Notes: a model not told the origin generated them from the letters alone. DNA of 64,000 bases from Azolla caroliniana (GCA_043228905.1 JBHGNT010000001.1:37262001-37326000); one strand, 5' to 3'; shown: positions 39,124 to 53,702, counted from the stretch's first letter. Made by a program: numbers and translations.

Positions 39124-41919
39124 GGAGGTCACGCCTGAGTGTTGAACTCAATGTAGTTCATAAATGTTAAATGTAAATTTTAATAATTGTAATCTCCAGG
39201 AAATCAGCATTTTCCCTTTGAAAATCTCATCTACAAGTATCTTTAAATGATACATCTAATCTAACCTTGTGTATATCTACGAAGTTTATGAGATTAATCA
39301 TCAATCTTGGTACACATATATCGTGCAAGAACTAGGAAACTGCTTAAGCTATGATCTTTTATTTGCTCCAGGTGTATGCTTCCCCCCTGCATCAAGGCAA
39401 TCAGATGAACTGATGTATGTTGCAGAATGAATACAAGGTGACACTTGGTTCTACTTGTTTTGCTTAAATATCTATGTAGCATGTATTTATTCTAGCCAGA
39501 TGTGTTATAACCTGTAAATCTCAACAATCTTTAAATGTTTAGATGTGATGATAAATCAAAAACATTAACTAATGCACTTAATGTACAAATGTGGCAAAAT
39601 CGTTCAATGTGTACATGATTAGATTGACAACTCTTTGGTGAGCTTTCATGGCGAGTCTTTTTTTTTTTTCTTGAGAGCATATTTTTGTGTTCATAATAAC
39701 CAGTAAGTTTATGTAGATGAAATGCCTACTGTTAGCCCTTCACGAGGACTTGTCACATTCCTTTCTTTGGACGTAATGCTTTTTGTAATGATTAGAGGGA
39801 CAAATCTTTGGTGAGTTCTCACGGTTTTCTTTTCTCGAGAGCATTTTTTTGTGTTTGCAATAACCAGGAAGTTTACCATAGATGAAATGCCCACTGTTAG
39901 CCATTCATGATAAGGGCTTCTCACATTGCTTTGTTTGCACATAATGTTTTTTTCATAATTTCTTCAATGGTAGTTATATTCTAAGTTTACAAAAGATTAG
40001 TTAGTGCTCCTTCATGTGTGTGCACACACATGCATTCTCAACCTTTGGAAGGTTGCACCTATATAAAAGCTAACCTCCCCCCAACCTCCCCCAAAAATAA
40101 AGGCATCGTTCACCCCATGAATTGATTAATGCTTGCTTAATTCCTCTTTTTCTCTTGTCTAATCTTAGGGTTAAACATGTGAACATTTGTTTTTCCTTGT
40201 TTTCATACACCCACATTTTTGTATTCATTCCCTCCTAATGCACAAGTCACCATTCTCATGCTACAACTTTCATATATGTATGTCACATGGATACCATGTT
40301 TTCTGATTTTTAGTTCATAATTTCAAGGAGATAATCCAAAAAGTTTGACTGAACCCCACCTCTCAACTAAATATTAGCCGAGTTTTATTAAGATAATTCT
40401 CTAGAATTCTCATCAGAATACACACATAAAATATTAAATCATATGATGCATGTATATTGTAAATATATAAGGAGGTGCACATCTCATCAATCTACGAATA
40501 CTTGTATGAAAGATGCTTTAAAGAAAATTGACTTTGCAAAATTGGATAGTGTGATGTCCATCTAGAATGTGTAGGGTTTTATTGCATGCATAAAATTGCC
40601 ACCTTCTCAAGAAGCGTGTATGGCCAAAGAATGAGAGGTACATGTCTTTGAGTGCAAAAAGTTAGAATTACAATACATATTGGCACATCAAAAGAAGTTC
40701 CAAGCAAGTGCCATATGATGTTTGGACCTTCTTATATGCCTAATTCGCAAAACGTAACAAGGAAACATGAATTTCTTATATTTTTGCATCCCAAAGGTTT
40801 TGTAACACATCAAAATGAATTTCACTCGTGCACTTATAGACAAAGTCAACAAGATCACATTGGTCTAGTTCCCTCATAGCCAATGGAAGGGTGAGGTACA
40901 TCCACTCAGATAGTATGGGGAGGTCAAGTGATTGCGGCTATGTTGATCCGCTTGTTATCTTTTCTGGTTGGAACTATTCACACATGCAAAAAGCTTCGGA
41001 GCTTAAAATTCTTGGTTGAATTAAAGTTCAATATGCCAAGTTAGGATGATTTATTATTGCCAACCATGTTAACAACCCAAACAAACAGGTGTTCCACCCC
41101 AAAATTTCAATATCTAGAGCTTTTCTACGATCTCATGCAGGATGGTCTTGATTGGGTTGAAGTCCTATGCGCCACATGTTTTTTTTGTCCACTTGATTTA
41201 TATTTCCCAACCTTTCGCAATCAAGATAAGCAAATTTTAGTCCCATGTTTGCAATATCTGACACCTTTTTGCCTCATCAACATGAACTTGTATACGAGCA
41301 AATCAAGTAATTACCTACACCACCTCCAGTAATTGCCTTGGACATATCAATGGGACATTAATATGGATTTCCATCTGTGCATTGCATTTAGCAATTTTCA
41401 GCATCCAACCCTTCTTAAGCAAATCAACATGAACTAGTAACTATGAAGAACTAGATAAAGCAAGAGCTTGCCTTTCCCTTTTATGCATATGATACTTTCA
41501 TCCCCCATAAGCAATGCTTTCCTAGGAACCCAAATAGTTGCCCACCCTCACTTTCCTTGTGGAGAATCCCAATCTTCTTTGCTGAACATGATTTCCACAC
41601 AAGAGTATGAACCATGCCATATCAACATATATCGCCCAATCCAATGCTTTTGAGCTACTTGAGCATAAGATTCCATGGAATCGAACAACATGTGCTCTCA
41701 TCTATGTGTCTCCATCAAGCATGCATAACGGTGAAAAAGACTATGGAGACGGGGAGCTGTTTCTAAAACCCAAGCCAAGCCAACCCTTGGTAGGGTTAGC
41801 AAATAACATCATAGGCGCGTTTAGATTATGTATATCATATATGTATGCATTGTATTGTATTGTATTGTATTGTATTGTATTGTAAGCACAGACCGAAGAA
41901 AGGGTTGGGGGAAGAAGGA

Positions 41920-42148
41920 TGTGGGCCGTTGGATGGATAAGATCGGACGTCAAGGATAACACGTCAGCTCAGTGTATAAAGCCCCCCTCCCCCCCCCCCC
42001 CCCCCTTAGCAGATTCCCTCCCTCTCTCCCCCAACCCCCCCAACAAAAAAAAACTCCTCACTTTCCTTCTTTTTTCTCCATTCGAAGCTTCTGCCTGTCT
42101 GTCTGTCTCTCTCAAGCTACCATCATCGTAGTCTCTCAGAAACCCTAA
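41920..42148 (+). promoter_or_regulatory. eIF5A promoter/5'UTR: site II-like TGGGCC, TATA box, telobox
   Basis: TGGGCC at ~41922, TATAAA at 41975-41980 and AAACCCTAA at 42140-42148. This combination is typical of plant translation-machinery genes. Confidence 0.6.
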
Positions 42149-42199
42149 TTTCTTCCTCTCTTGCTTCCTTCCTTATTTTCTTCTTCTTCCTCTTTAAGC

Positions 42200-44478
42200 A
42201 TGTCTGATTCTGAGCACACCTTCGAGCATAAGGCCGATGCTGGTGCTTCCAAGACCATCCCTCAGCAGGCTGGTACCATCCGCAAGAACGGTTATATCGT
42301 CATCAAGAACCGTCCTTGCAAGGTATACGTTTCTGGATGTTGCTTTTGCTTGTCTCTGCAAGGTAAGTCTCTGGCTATGGCCATATTTATTTTTCTTTGC
42401 TTGCTTAATTCACTGAAAAATATTCCTTCTTTCATCAAGCATCATCCTTGCAAGGTAAGTTTCCGTATACATCTTTATTTTTCTTTGGCCAGGCTTGCTT
42501 ATCTCACTGTGAGAGATGTATTCCATCCTCACTAAGAATATTCCTTGCAAAGAAAAGGAAATTTCTTTTTGTTATTATTATTTATGCGTGTTTCACACAG
42601 CAAGGAGGTTTCTGTCATCAAGAGCTGTTCTTTCAAATTAAGTTTTTAACTCTGCCTATTCTTTTATCTTTGCTAGGATATCATGGTTTTGGTTAGCAAG
42701 GAATACCATGGATAAAGTTTCTTACAAATCTAGATCAAATAAACAGGTGTCATGAACAAGGTGACGTGTGATCTGCTTGAAATATCAAGGTGCTGTTTAT
42801 GATATGCCGGAAACACTAAGATGAAAAATGCACTTTTGAGGAGAAGTATGCCTTAATAAGAAACCATAAACAATCCTGCCTGTGAAGCTATATGAGAGGA
42901 ATCTTGGTATGAGGAGAAATACCATGAATAATGTTTCGTGAAAAACCAATGATAATTTCTCGGATGCCTCCTTAACTGCGATGGAACATAATCTGCTACA
43001 TTGGGTGGAATAACTGTTTAGTTTCTCATGAAGCCAGAAGAGATGCATTCTTGTAAGATAAAGTATGCTTGATTTACTGAAAATGAATGGTAATTATTCT
43101 TTTATTGTGGACTATCTTTAATATCGTTTTTTATTAAGCTAAATGAGAACCAGGAGAAGAATGAAGCATGGATGCTTTGTTATAAGAAAAACAGTGAGTG
43201 AACTGCAAGCAATTCTGAACGCTACAACACAGACATGGAGCTCCATGATGTGCAAAATATTGTCTCTTTATTGCCTTGTTCTCTTTATTCTGCCCTCTCT
43301 ACTTGAATATGCTGCCTGTTTTGACTCACTGAAGAATTGTGTATGGATCAGTAGTGAGTGGTGGTTAATAGAATTGCAATCATTTGAAAGGGCTCAGTAA
43401 TTATGCCTGAAATCTGCTGCATGCTCTTTGTTGGAGATGCTTGTCTTTTTCCTAGGGCTATCAGCAAACATGTTTGCATTTGTTTAATCATATGTCGAGA
43501 ACTTTGTGTGCCATTGACTTGCTCTGATAAATGGTATTTGTATATGGGAGCTTCGTAATCAGGATTCAGAACTAGATGCTTTTGAAGTGTTTAATTTAAT
43601 TGGTATCTAGTAACATATTTAAATCAAAGGTACAGATGCCTCCAGATCAGAGATCTAACCTGCAAAAGTTGGTATACATGTAAAACAAATCCACATTAAT
43701 GTTTATTACCTGACAGGGAGATTTTAATTTACTGTAGCATTTGTACTTATTTCGTTTCTTACATGGTAGTATGTCAGCTTTATACGTCTGGATATGGACG
43801 GTTTTTTGTGTTGATTATCCTCATATAAGTTTTCCTTGGTTTATTCTAGGTGGTAGAGGTGTCTACCTCTAAAACTGGGAAGCATGGACATGCTAAGTGC
43901 CACTTTGTTGCAATTGACATTTTCAATGGGAAGAAGCTTGAAGATATTGTGCCCTCCTCACACAATTGTGATGTATGATGATCTCATTTTAAAATCCCTG
44001 CAATACTATGTTTTTGACTATGCACAATTTGGTTAATTTTTATCATCTGAATCGTCAGGTTCCAGAGGTCACGCGTGTGGATTATCAGCTAATTGACATC
44101 TCCGAGGATGGATTTGTAAGCATTAAATAAATGTCATGTGAAATGTCTAAATATGGTTGGTACAGGCAATAGTTATTTATGAACAAGCTTATGTTTTATA
44201 GGTTAGTCTTCTTATGGAGAATGGTGGCACCAAGGATGATCTCAGACTTCCATCAGATGACCAGCTTTTATCCCAGGTAAGCCATTTCTGTGGCCATGCA
44301 ACTTTTTGAACCATTCAGAGTTTCATTTGACAATATTGGAACCTGGCTGAATTATTCGCATATATTTTTGTGGCAGATTAAAGATGGTTTTGCTGAAGGA
44401 AAAGACTTGGTTGTGACTGTAATGTCTGCAATGGGGGAAGAGCAGATTTGTGCACTGAAGGATATTGGTCCCAAGTAA
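42200..44478 (+). CDS. eIF5A: Eukaryotic translation initiation factor 5A (159 aa)
   Basis: Exons: 42200-42322, 43850-43972, 44059-44115, 44202-44276, 44377-44478. Protein: MSDSEHTFE...[38 protein letters not shown]...[19 protein letters not shown]. The hypusination motif is intact. Confidence 0.98.
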
Positions 44479-46391
44479 AACCATCATTTTTCATTAAGGC
44501 TCCATCTCAAGCTCTATACAGTTTGTGAAACTATTTGGTTTTTATATGTCTTCTATTACAATGAGAACTTCTAGATGCTTGTTAATCTAAAACACTTGAT
44601 GAATATTTAAGGAGAGATGTATCTAAGGTGGTTACTATTTGCATGTGTAGTCCGGAAAAGTTCTTATGGATGGGCTCTTTGCATGCCCATCAGTACGGAC
44701 ATAGCAGTAGAATGTCCATGGATGATGGTGTCCTCTATGGACATATTTTATTGCTACTGTCAAATTCGGTGGATGATGGTTTTGGAAATATCTTATGTTT
44801 TAAGCTTAAATTATGGCGTTTCAGCTGTTGCTTTAATGTAAGGTTATCTATTGTACAGAGGAACCTTCACTCTTTTCTTGCATTGAATGGGTTTAAATTG
44901 AACATCTCTCCTTATCTCCGCCATACATAGGAACCAAAGTACATTGCTGAAAAGGGGATTTGTAAGTCCGGAAATTCAGCAGGCTATGTGAAAAGATACA
45001 AATTGCAATGATAATGAAAATGAGAAGTCATTATATAACATCAGAAAATTAGAGCTGTTTTGTAGGTCATTATATATATTTGACATATGGGGCCAGTGTA
45101 AACCCATGTGTTTCAACTTGACATGAAAAATTGTATGATCACGTCACGTTAATTGGTGACTTTTGGGGACTTATCATTGAATACGATGTAGCATCATCTC
45201 TGCAAATCTGGTTCTTTGCATGCTTCTATTTCTCCATATGTTTGATAATGCATACAAGATGTATTAACTGATGTAGTTCACCTTGCTGTTAAGCTGGAAG
45301 AATCCAATCAGTCTTTGGAGAAAATGTGGTAGCTTTGTAGGAAGTTTGTAGAATATGCAATTAGCATTCATGTAGAACTCAGGAATGTATCCATCTGTTT
45401 TAGATATTGCCTTAATTATTTTGCATTCCACATAAGTTGGCCTTCATGTAATTGGTGTTTAATTATAACTTTGTGCTATAGACAGAATGCTACATATGAT
45501 AAGTAATGTCTCTGGTGTTTATTTGTGGGTTCACTTTGTACAAATGGTTCATTTATGATCTTACATACGGAAATGATACTCCCTTGTTTTTGTACTGAAT
45601 TTGAGCCTGAATGATATTCCATGTTTAATGCAATACATGATAAATTTTTGAATGAGTATATATGTATAGTTAGGCAATAATTGTAACCATGATGATGGGT
45701 GCCAACTTTCTTATTGATGCTCACTATGCCAAAAAAGTGTTAAGAGAGCCTTTAAGTGTATGTGGCATACCTTTGGTTGCTGGAGGGAAACCCATCATTA
45801 TTTACGAGAACATGACTCTTAAGAAATTGAGAATGTGGCTTAGAAGGAAATTGTTTTTTGAGTTATGTTAACATGCATAATACATTGTGAAGGTCAATTG
45901 AGTTTGAGTTGAATTATGACACAATATTAATAATACTACCATGCAAGTAAAATTGTAGAAGCATATTAGTAGTAGTCTATCACATATGTTTGCATATTGA
46001 GAGAATAACTGCCAAATTTGAATGTTATAGTTGGTAAGCAATAGCTTTACTGGTCCATCACATTGAGAAGAATATTATAAAGCAAAAACTTATGAATCTA
46101 CACATGATGACATGCATGTCCATCTTCAGAGGGATTGAAAGTAATGGGGAGTAAAAGGTTTGGTGCTCAAATCTACATATTGAACATGAACAAAGGGCAG
46201 TAAAAATCTATTGCAGCACCCGGAGAGTGACAAATAATGTGGGGCCATACATCTCAATCAAAATAATATGTCAAACGTCTCGACATATAGGGAGGTTTTT
46301 GGCATATGCCTACTAATGTCTCAATTATGTGCTCAAACTTGCTTGCCTCGTTTTTGACCGATCCCTGACCAGGGGTATTTGGAGAGATAGT

Positions 46392-46434
<43 letters not shown>

Positions 46435-46480
46435 TGGTGTCTTCCCGCAGAAATTAGACTCGAAGGTTAAGAACGAAGCC

Positions 46481-49400
46481 ATGGCTTGGCAAAGGCTTCT
46501 CACAAATTCATCGCTTGTTTTGGCTGCAGTATCCGTAATCCAACCAAGCTCCATCCTCCATCTTGAGGCGGCAAGAAACGCAGGTTCACACAAAACACGT
46601 GTCTCTTTCTTGAAGAGGAAATTACAGAAAAAACACGCATATTCGAATAGTCCATGCTTTGAAATTTTTACTTTTGGAGAGAACGCATACATATACACCT
46701 CATGATTTGAAAACAGGACATGGCTCTTAAATGCTAGATTGAGGAGAGCTAATATTCTGAACAAGAAATTCTCACCCCTTTAATTAATTATAAGATAAAG
46801 AAATATTTTTGCTAGATAAATGTACTAAAATGATGAAATCCGTTAATTTAAGTTTAGATTTTGAAGAATATTAAATGTTACCATAAGACCAAAGATATTG
46901 GTATCTGTTATCCTTGTATTGAAATACAAGTTTTTTGCTAGGGAAAGGTGGAATGACGAATTCTTCGATTTAACCTTTGCATTTTTTAAGAGCAGTTATT
47001 GTCATCATAGGATCAGTTTGTAAAAGGCAATGCTAGGTTGATGGGCTAAGATTGTGGATTAAAATGTGTTATCCATTTAGATGGTGAATCCTTTAAATTA
47101 AGCTTGTGTTTAGAGCAAGGAGAGACATTATGTGCTAAGCATATCCCACAATTAGAATGTGCTATCCATTTAATATATTGCAAGTGTTCAAATGGAGAAT
47201 CCTTTAATTTAAGCTGGTATTTAGTACAATAATAATACATTGCACTCAAAGGATAATGAGGTGCATGCCTGTTTTTCTGCAAATGTATAGATGAGTGCAT
47301 TTCTAGAAACCAATTAGAGCGAAAACAATCAGTAGAAAAAAAACTTAGCAATAACCTATCACGTCTTTCAAAAAAAAAGATTCTCTCTGAAGGTTCATGC
47401 TAATAAATTTCATAATCTGGCAATAGCTATTAGCATGCTCACATTATAGCCATACAGTTCTCTAGATGAGTTTACAAAATGGCTTCTGCTGAACTTTACA
47501 TATGTCAAAGTAGATGTAGAGGACCTGGAGCATGTCAGGAAGAAGGGTTTAGGGGTTTAGGACCTGTTTTAATCCTCCCGAGTCCCAAATAAGGGATCCT
47601 TACTATTCTTCTTTAGCACTAGCATGACTACCTCAGCCCACCACCCTATTAATCTTATCTATGTAGCCATGAAATATTTAGACACTAACCTATTAAGGAA
47701 GAGTAACCATTTCTATATGAGCTAGTAAACCAGTCATACAGAAAGATTCTTTGACTATCGATCATCACGTGAGCACCGCATGAGTCATTGCTCAGTAACA
47801 AGAACTAACCTTGTCTATTTAGCCATGGAAGATTTAGACACGAACCTATTAAGGAGAAGTAACCATTTCTATATGATCTAGTAAACGAGCCATATAGAAA
47901 CTTTCTTTAACTGTTTATCATCACATGAGAACCGCATAAGTCGTTACTCAGTAACAAGAACTTACCAATGTTATTGGCCTTTGCATCTTGAAGATACTTG
48001 ATGAAGATTTTTCTTCACATGAACACCATTCCTGCTTCCGTGTACTACGCTCATTTAGATTGTTTCCCATGAATTCGCCCCTAGATTGTCTTGCACCCCG
48101 TTGCTTTCTTTAGTCAAGGTAGTTTTGTATGGTTTGTTTTCCCTTCATGTAAGTGTTCCGTTTTTTGCCTGATTGGTTCTTGGGTCAGTCATAGATAATA
48201 AACTGCATTTGTGAATGGCTTGTAACTTTGTGATCTGATGTCACGATATCATTATGTTTTGTGATGTTTTCTAGAGGCTAGTATCATATTTCTTTCCATT
48301 TCTTGCTCATTGATTTTATTCCTGCTTGTGAGGTTCAATCCCTAGATTGTCTTGCACCCCGTTGCTTTCTTTAGTCAAGGTAGTTTTGTATGGTTTGTTT
48401 TCCCTTCATGTAAGTGTTCCGTTTTTTGCCTGATTGGTTCTTGGTTCAGTCATAGATAATAAACTGCATTTGTGAATAGCTTATAACTTTGTGATCTGAT
48501 GTCATGATATCATTATGTTTTGTGATGTTTTCTAGAGGCTAGTATCATATTTCTTTCCATTTCTTGCTCATTGATTTTATTCCTGCTTGTGAGGTTCAAT
48601 CATTTGCCCTGGTAACTAAATTGACCATAAAATGACAGAGAAGGTGAAGGAGCCATTCACAGGCATTGACTTTGATCGGAAAAGGGAGATAGCACAACCA
48701 GAAACATGTGGAGAATATCACTTGCTTGGTACAGCTGTTCGCTGTATGCTTGGACAGGTTCTCTACAGAATCCTTAGATAATTCTATGTACAATATGCTA
48801 TCCTATATTGTTTCCTTTCTTTAATAAACAGTTTTGCTTTGTTTGTTATGCTTTATTGATTTCGATAGTCTGGAGTTCAAATGCTTCACCATGTATGTTT
48901 TGTTTTATATAATTCGTTACAGCATGTATTTAATTTGATATGTTGGCTTCACAAGTGCCTTTAGGTTTATAATGTAGGCATGCTGAATCTTTACGTCTCA
49001 TGGCATGCTAGAAATGAAACTGATGTAGCTTTTACATTTTCAATGATTAAATACCAGTGCAAGTTTGCAAAGGCACGGGCATATGCTGTTGGCTTGTATG
49101 TTGAAGATGCATATGAGGTAAGTCTGTATAGATTGTTAAAAAGTACCAAGAATTAGTCTAAGAAATAGTCAACAATATTTAAATCATCATGAGGGAAGGG
49201 TATGTTAGCATGTTTATAGGAATGTCTACGTATTTATATGTAAAATGCACATACATGCCGATCAAACTTTGACAATCCTCCATCTGCCATTATTATTGCA
49301 AACCAAACTCTTGCAAGACAGTTCTTATGTTATTATAGAGAGGATAAGTAACTATGACTTTTGGAATTAAGAAATATGGAGACAGGCAGGAGTACTGGAA

Positions 49401-51249
49401 GGCAGGTGGAGGAGAATGGCAGGGAGAAGAAGTATGCAGGGACAGATCTGGCTAACAAATAATTATCTGATTTCTTGATTGCATCTTTCACATTCCATGG
49501 AGAGATGCAACTTGTAAGGAGCTTATGAGTCTCAGAATGACATGAGAGATAGCTATCAGGCTGGAGTTTGAGAACTTAAATCTTTAGAATCAGAGTCCTT
49601 GTATGATTTACAAATTTTGATTGTCATGCTACAAAATATCATATGTAAATTTTATTATTATTGTATCAGTCGTACAGTGTCCCAACTCAAACTATGTTCA
49701 TATTAGGAACTTCGGGATGCTGATGAAGATAAAATATTTCAAGCTTTGGTTGAAGTTCGCACACCCCGAAGTCTTCTTCTAGTAATGGATCAAGATGTTG
49801 CAGGCCATCACATTGCAAAGGTCACAGTTCTCAACCTCTTTTGTGTCACATTTGTGTGAAACCTTCTAAATTCCAAATATATATACATGGTAGATGCAAG
49901 TGGCATTTTGCACTATATACTGAAGGTTATTTCATTGTAAAAAGAAACACTGAATGTTTTTTCATGGTGCTATATACGAGCAGGCATTCAAATGATCTTT
50001 TGTATATTAGAATCTAGTTCTGGCATTTTGTAAGCTTGTTGGTTATTCTTGCTTCATATATTATTTAATTGAAGTTTTGATGACGTAACCTTTTCTTATG
50101 TAGCATATATATAGCTTGTGTCTTTCTGAGATTTTACGATCTAAACTTAGCAGGGTTTTGATCGCTCTTTGCTGCAACGTGTACGAAAGGCTCAAGGTGG
50201 GAAAGCTGGAGCTGGCAAGGATGCAGTAAGAAAATTATAATGTTTTCATTTTCTTTATTTCTACTTTGGCCTAAGATGAAGATTTTCTGACAAGAATTTG
50301 TCAGTTTGTAAAAGATGCTTTTTTCCAATATTGCCATGGATTTCAGTGTATTGGATTCTTTCTTTATGATCCTGGTTTCTTGAGATAGAACATCTGGATA
50401 TTTTTTCAAAATAAATTGGAGAGTTAAATTGCTTTGCCATCTGTCCTCTATCTTCAAATATCATATTGTAGGCGTTTTAGATTTATATTTCTTTATCTGT
50501 GTATAGACCGAGGATTGTATGATTGATAGTACCCATAGCAGAGTAGGGTTGGATGCAAAGTTATCAATCATGGCTTAGGTTCTAAAGTCTTAGAAATTTG
50601 AAATGAGTATGCAACATGATGCGCAATTCATCAGAAAGACAGTAGTTAGGATGTTTTGGACTACTGCAGCTAAGGTTGTAACATTGTTTCTGGAAACATA
50701 TCAATATAGGCTTTTGGATGAAGGGTAGACATTGATCCAGTAATTAGTGTTTTATCAAGCCTTCTTGTATGAGCTATTCTGAAGACTGTTGTATCTGCAA
50801 TTTGGTTTGTTATATTTCACTTGTTTTGTAAATGAAATTTCACGGACAAAAATAAATTAATTTACAGCGCTGAAATTAACCTGAATTTATATACAGTTGA
50901 AAGACTTCACTCGGTGCTTCAATCAGAAGAAAATGTTACGTAAGGGATCAGAAGTTTGCCTGGTAAGCAGTTTCATTCGAATTGTGATTGGTTTTTGTAA
51001 ATAAAACAACCTCAAAATTTTATATGATGATTTTTGTTTTCAGGTGTGGAGACCTGATGATACTCTGGTCGTGACAATTGATTCCTGGTAGGCTCAATCT
51101 TCTGTTCACTCTAGTCATTATAGGGTTGCAACATGCATGTTGGTGGCTTCAAGTTTAGGTGAATGGAAATCAATTACGTTATGACTGAATTGGTTCTCAT
51201 GGTATGGATTTTTCAAAAATGTAGGAGCATAGGCCTAAGCTTCCAGTAG
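46481..51249 (+). CDS. Chalcone-isomerase-fold protein (FAP / AIM18-like), C-terminus unresolved or truncated
   Basis: Exons: 46481-46583, 48639-48757, 49058-49117, 49707-49820, 50154-50225, 50897-50962, 51044-51087, and a tentative last exon 51225-51249. Translation: KEPFTGIDFD...LLGTAVRC...KARAYAVGLYVE...RSLLLVMDQDVAGHHIAKGFDRSL...LRKGSEVCLVWRPDDTLVVTID, which are CHI-fold motifs. Confidence 0.75.
47658..47966. repeat. 156-bp diverged tandem duplication in CHI-like intron 1
   Basis: tctat.tagccatg.aa.atttagacac.aacctattaagg...cagtaacaagaact.acc occurs at 47658 and at 47814. Confidence 0.85.
48080..48601. repeat. 261-bp near-perfect tandem duplication in CHI-like intron 1
   Basis: Units 48080-48340 and 48341-48601 differ by ~4 substitutions. 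Confidence 0.95.
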
Positions 51250-52968
51250 AAAGCTGTGCCAATGTCTTGCATGGTGTGTGACAAGTGAGTGTCTCATAAA
51301 CGTTGAGATACCAAATCCTTTTCGAGATGCCACTTCATTAGAGACTATTCCAGTTGTTTATACCTCCCTTATGTCTTTGTTGCTTTCTCTAATTTTAATA
51401 CACTTGAGGTTTGTTGTACAGAAGCTGCTCTGTTTCAATACACAATTTGGCTCAGTAAACCATCCTTGACCATGACCATTTAGGCGTAATGAATTATAAT
51501 ATACAAAAATATATTAGTAAATCATTCAAGCACATTCCTAGCATGTTACCTCATTTGCTTTGTCAGAGGCTTCATCTGGGTTTAAATCGAACAAACCATT
51601 CAGATAGGCTTTTAGGCTTGGTGAATGGTTCATTTGTGATTTCTACCTAAATAGAAATAATTAAAAACCGTTTTAAGTCCAAAAGTGCGGATTTTTCCGT
51701 AATCAAGGAGTTATGAGTGAAGGACATGAGCTTTATAGCTACCTCTTAACATTGATCTAAAAAACTATTTGATCTATAAAAGATCAGTTTTTTTCTTTAC
51801 AGCCCCATTTTGGATAGAGAGCTTAAACCCTCATGGTTAAAAAAATGGCGGAGTTCCTTTATACCACAATTTGCATTGTTACTCTTGCCGAACATGTAGA
51901 GTGAGACTATCTTTATTCACGAAAAAGCTATCATTGGCTAATCCTTGTAGAAGCTTTTTTTGAATGCACAAGCAAGCAAGCTGAGCAAACTAGAAAAATC
52001 AGAAGTAACAAGAATAATGATAGATCATTCAAATAGCGACTATATAGTTGCAACAAGGATCACGCCCGATATTCATTCAACCGAACCATTCAGCCCTCTC
52101 ATTCATTCCTGTACTTTATACTATCAACTGTTTATGGTGTTCTCTATTAATCTACTTCATCCTTTCAATGTTATCATTGCAGCGTATGTGCCGAGATTCA
52201 ATCTCCCATACTCTGTCAAGCTATCTTTGACATGTACTTGGGTCCAAATTCAATTTTCCGGAAGTACCGTAATATGTCCTTTACTTTCTACAAGGATTCT
52301 GATGTGAGTATATGATCATAGAGATGGGTTCCTTTTGAACAAAGAGCATGCCGGGTTGTAATAAGTCTGACTCTTTCCCAGTATATACATTAGAATCTTA
52401 TTATTTAGTAATGTGCCATTGTAAATGGAAGATTTAATTTTCTTTGTTCTTTTTATGGCTAGATAGTGTTGCGATTGCACAAGTAATCCTTGGTGTAAAG
52501 ATTTGGGTTTGTGAGAAAAGCAAAAGTTTTAAAAACTTTGTTCAAATTAGTGATTATACCAATTGTAAGGATTGATGCATCTAATTAGTTTATTAACTAA
52601 TTGATCTGTGGATTGAATGCTTCATGTATACCTTTATCAGTCTGTTTGGATTGAACCATTCATATGTACTTTCTGTAAGCTCAGCATTTAACCAAACCTC
52701 ATGGCTTTAACTTTTGTGAATAAATAAGGCCAGCCTTTCGTGATCTGATGATTATCATACGAGTCTAATAAATGTCTCATTTCTATCTAAAACTCTATCA
52801 ATTTCAAGAAAATTTACTTTCTTTTAATGTTTTCAGTAGAAAAATAATAAAGATAAATATGTGGCCAATTCATCTACTGTCTTCAAAGACAATATTATTA
52901 CTGTTTTTTCTCCAAGTCATCTTGTAAATGGAAGTAAAATGATCTCTCTCTCATAATGTTTAGAGAGG

Positions 52969-53089
52969 CATGAGGTGTTTACACACATCTCATAATGTCA
53001 TGTAACAATGGGACTAACATGTATATAAATATTGCTCGTGTTAGTCCCATTGTTACATGACATTATGAGATGTGTGTAAACACCTCATG
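52969..53089. repeat. Perfect 51-bp inverted repeat with 19-nt loop
   Basis: catgaggtgtttacacacatctcataatgtcatgtaacaatgggactaaca (52969-53019) is the exact reverse complement of 53039-53089. Confidence 0.95.
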
Positions 53090-53091
53090 AC

Positions 53092-53702
53092 TAACAATTG
53101 GCAACGGTTTCAACGGTTCGGTTCGGTTTTGACAGTCAAAAACCGTGGTTTAAACGGTTTAATGGTTTTTTATTTTTAAAAAAACAAAATTTAAAATTTG
53201 TTTTTAAACAATCTTTTTATTTTTAGACCTTATTCTCACATTTTAGGAACATATTAAAAATTAAAATAATGAAATATTAAAAATTATTAAAAATTAAAAT
53301 TTTGACCTATGTTGAAAACTGAAATTGAACCACGAAACTGCGGTTTTCATAGTTTAACAGTTTGAAAATTGTTTTAATAGTTCGGTTTAACGGTTTTGTG
53401 GTTTGGTTCAGTTCAGTTCAAGTTTCAACAATTCTAAACAATTCTAAACTGCGGAATAATAATAATAAATCATTTTATGAAATTAGCTTATTGGATGTAT
53501 GTTGGACGGGTTTTCACAATCAGCATGATTGTCATGAATTGAAATGTTCATTCCGAGATTTGGGAAGCCCTTTAAGACAATTAAAATCCCGAGCAGGTGA
53601 TTCTAGTTGATCAAAGAATGTATTTGTAAGAACTTCTCTCGATTTTCCAGTTCGGTTTGGACCCTCTCAAACCGAACTGAACCGAACCATTGCTGATTGT
53701 TA
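53092..53702. mobile_element. hAT-family non-autonomous element (MITE)
   Basis: 8-bp TSD CTCATGAC (53084-53091 and 53703-53710). Imperfect TIRs TAACAATTGGCAACGGTT / TAACAATCAGCAATGGTT. Subterminal CGGTT/AACCG arrays and an AT-rich interior. Confidence 0.88.

Noticed and set aside
47545-47561. AGGGTTTAGGGGTTTAG telomere-like tract
   Set aside because: Only about two units in an intron, which is common in plant genomes.
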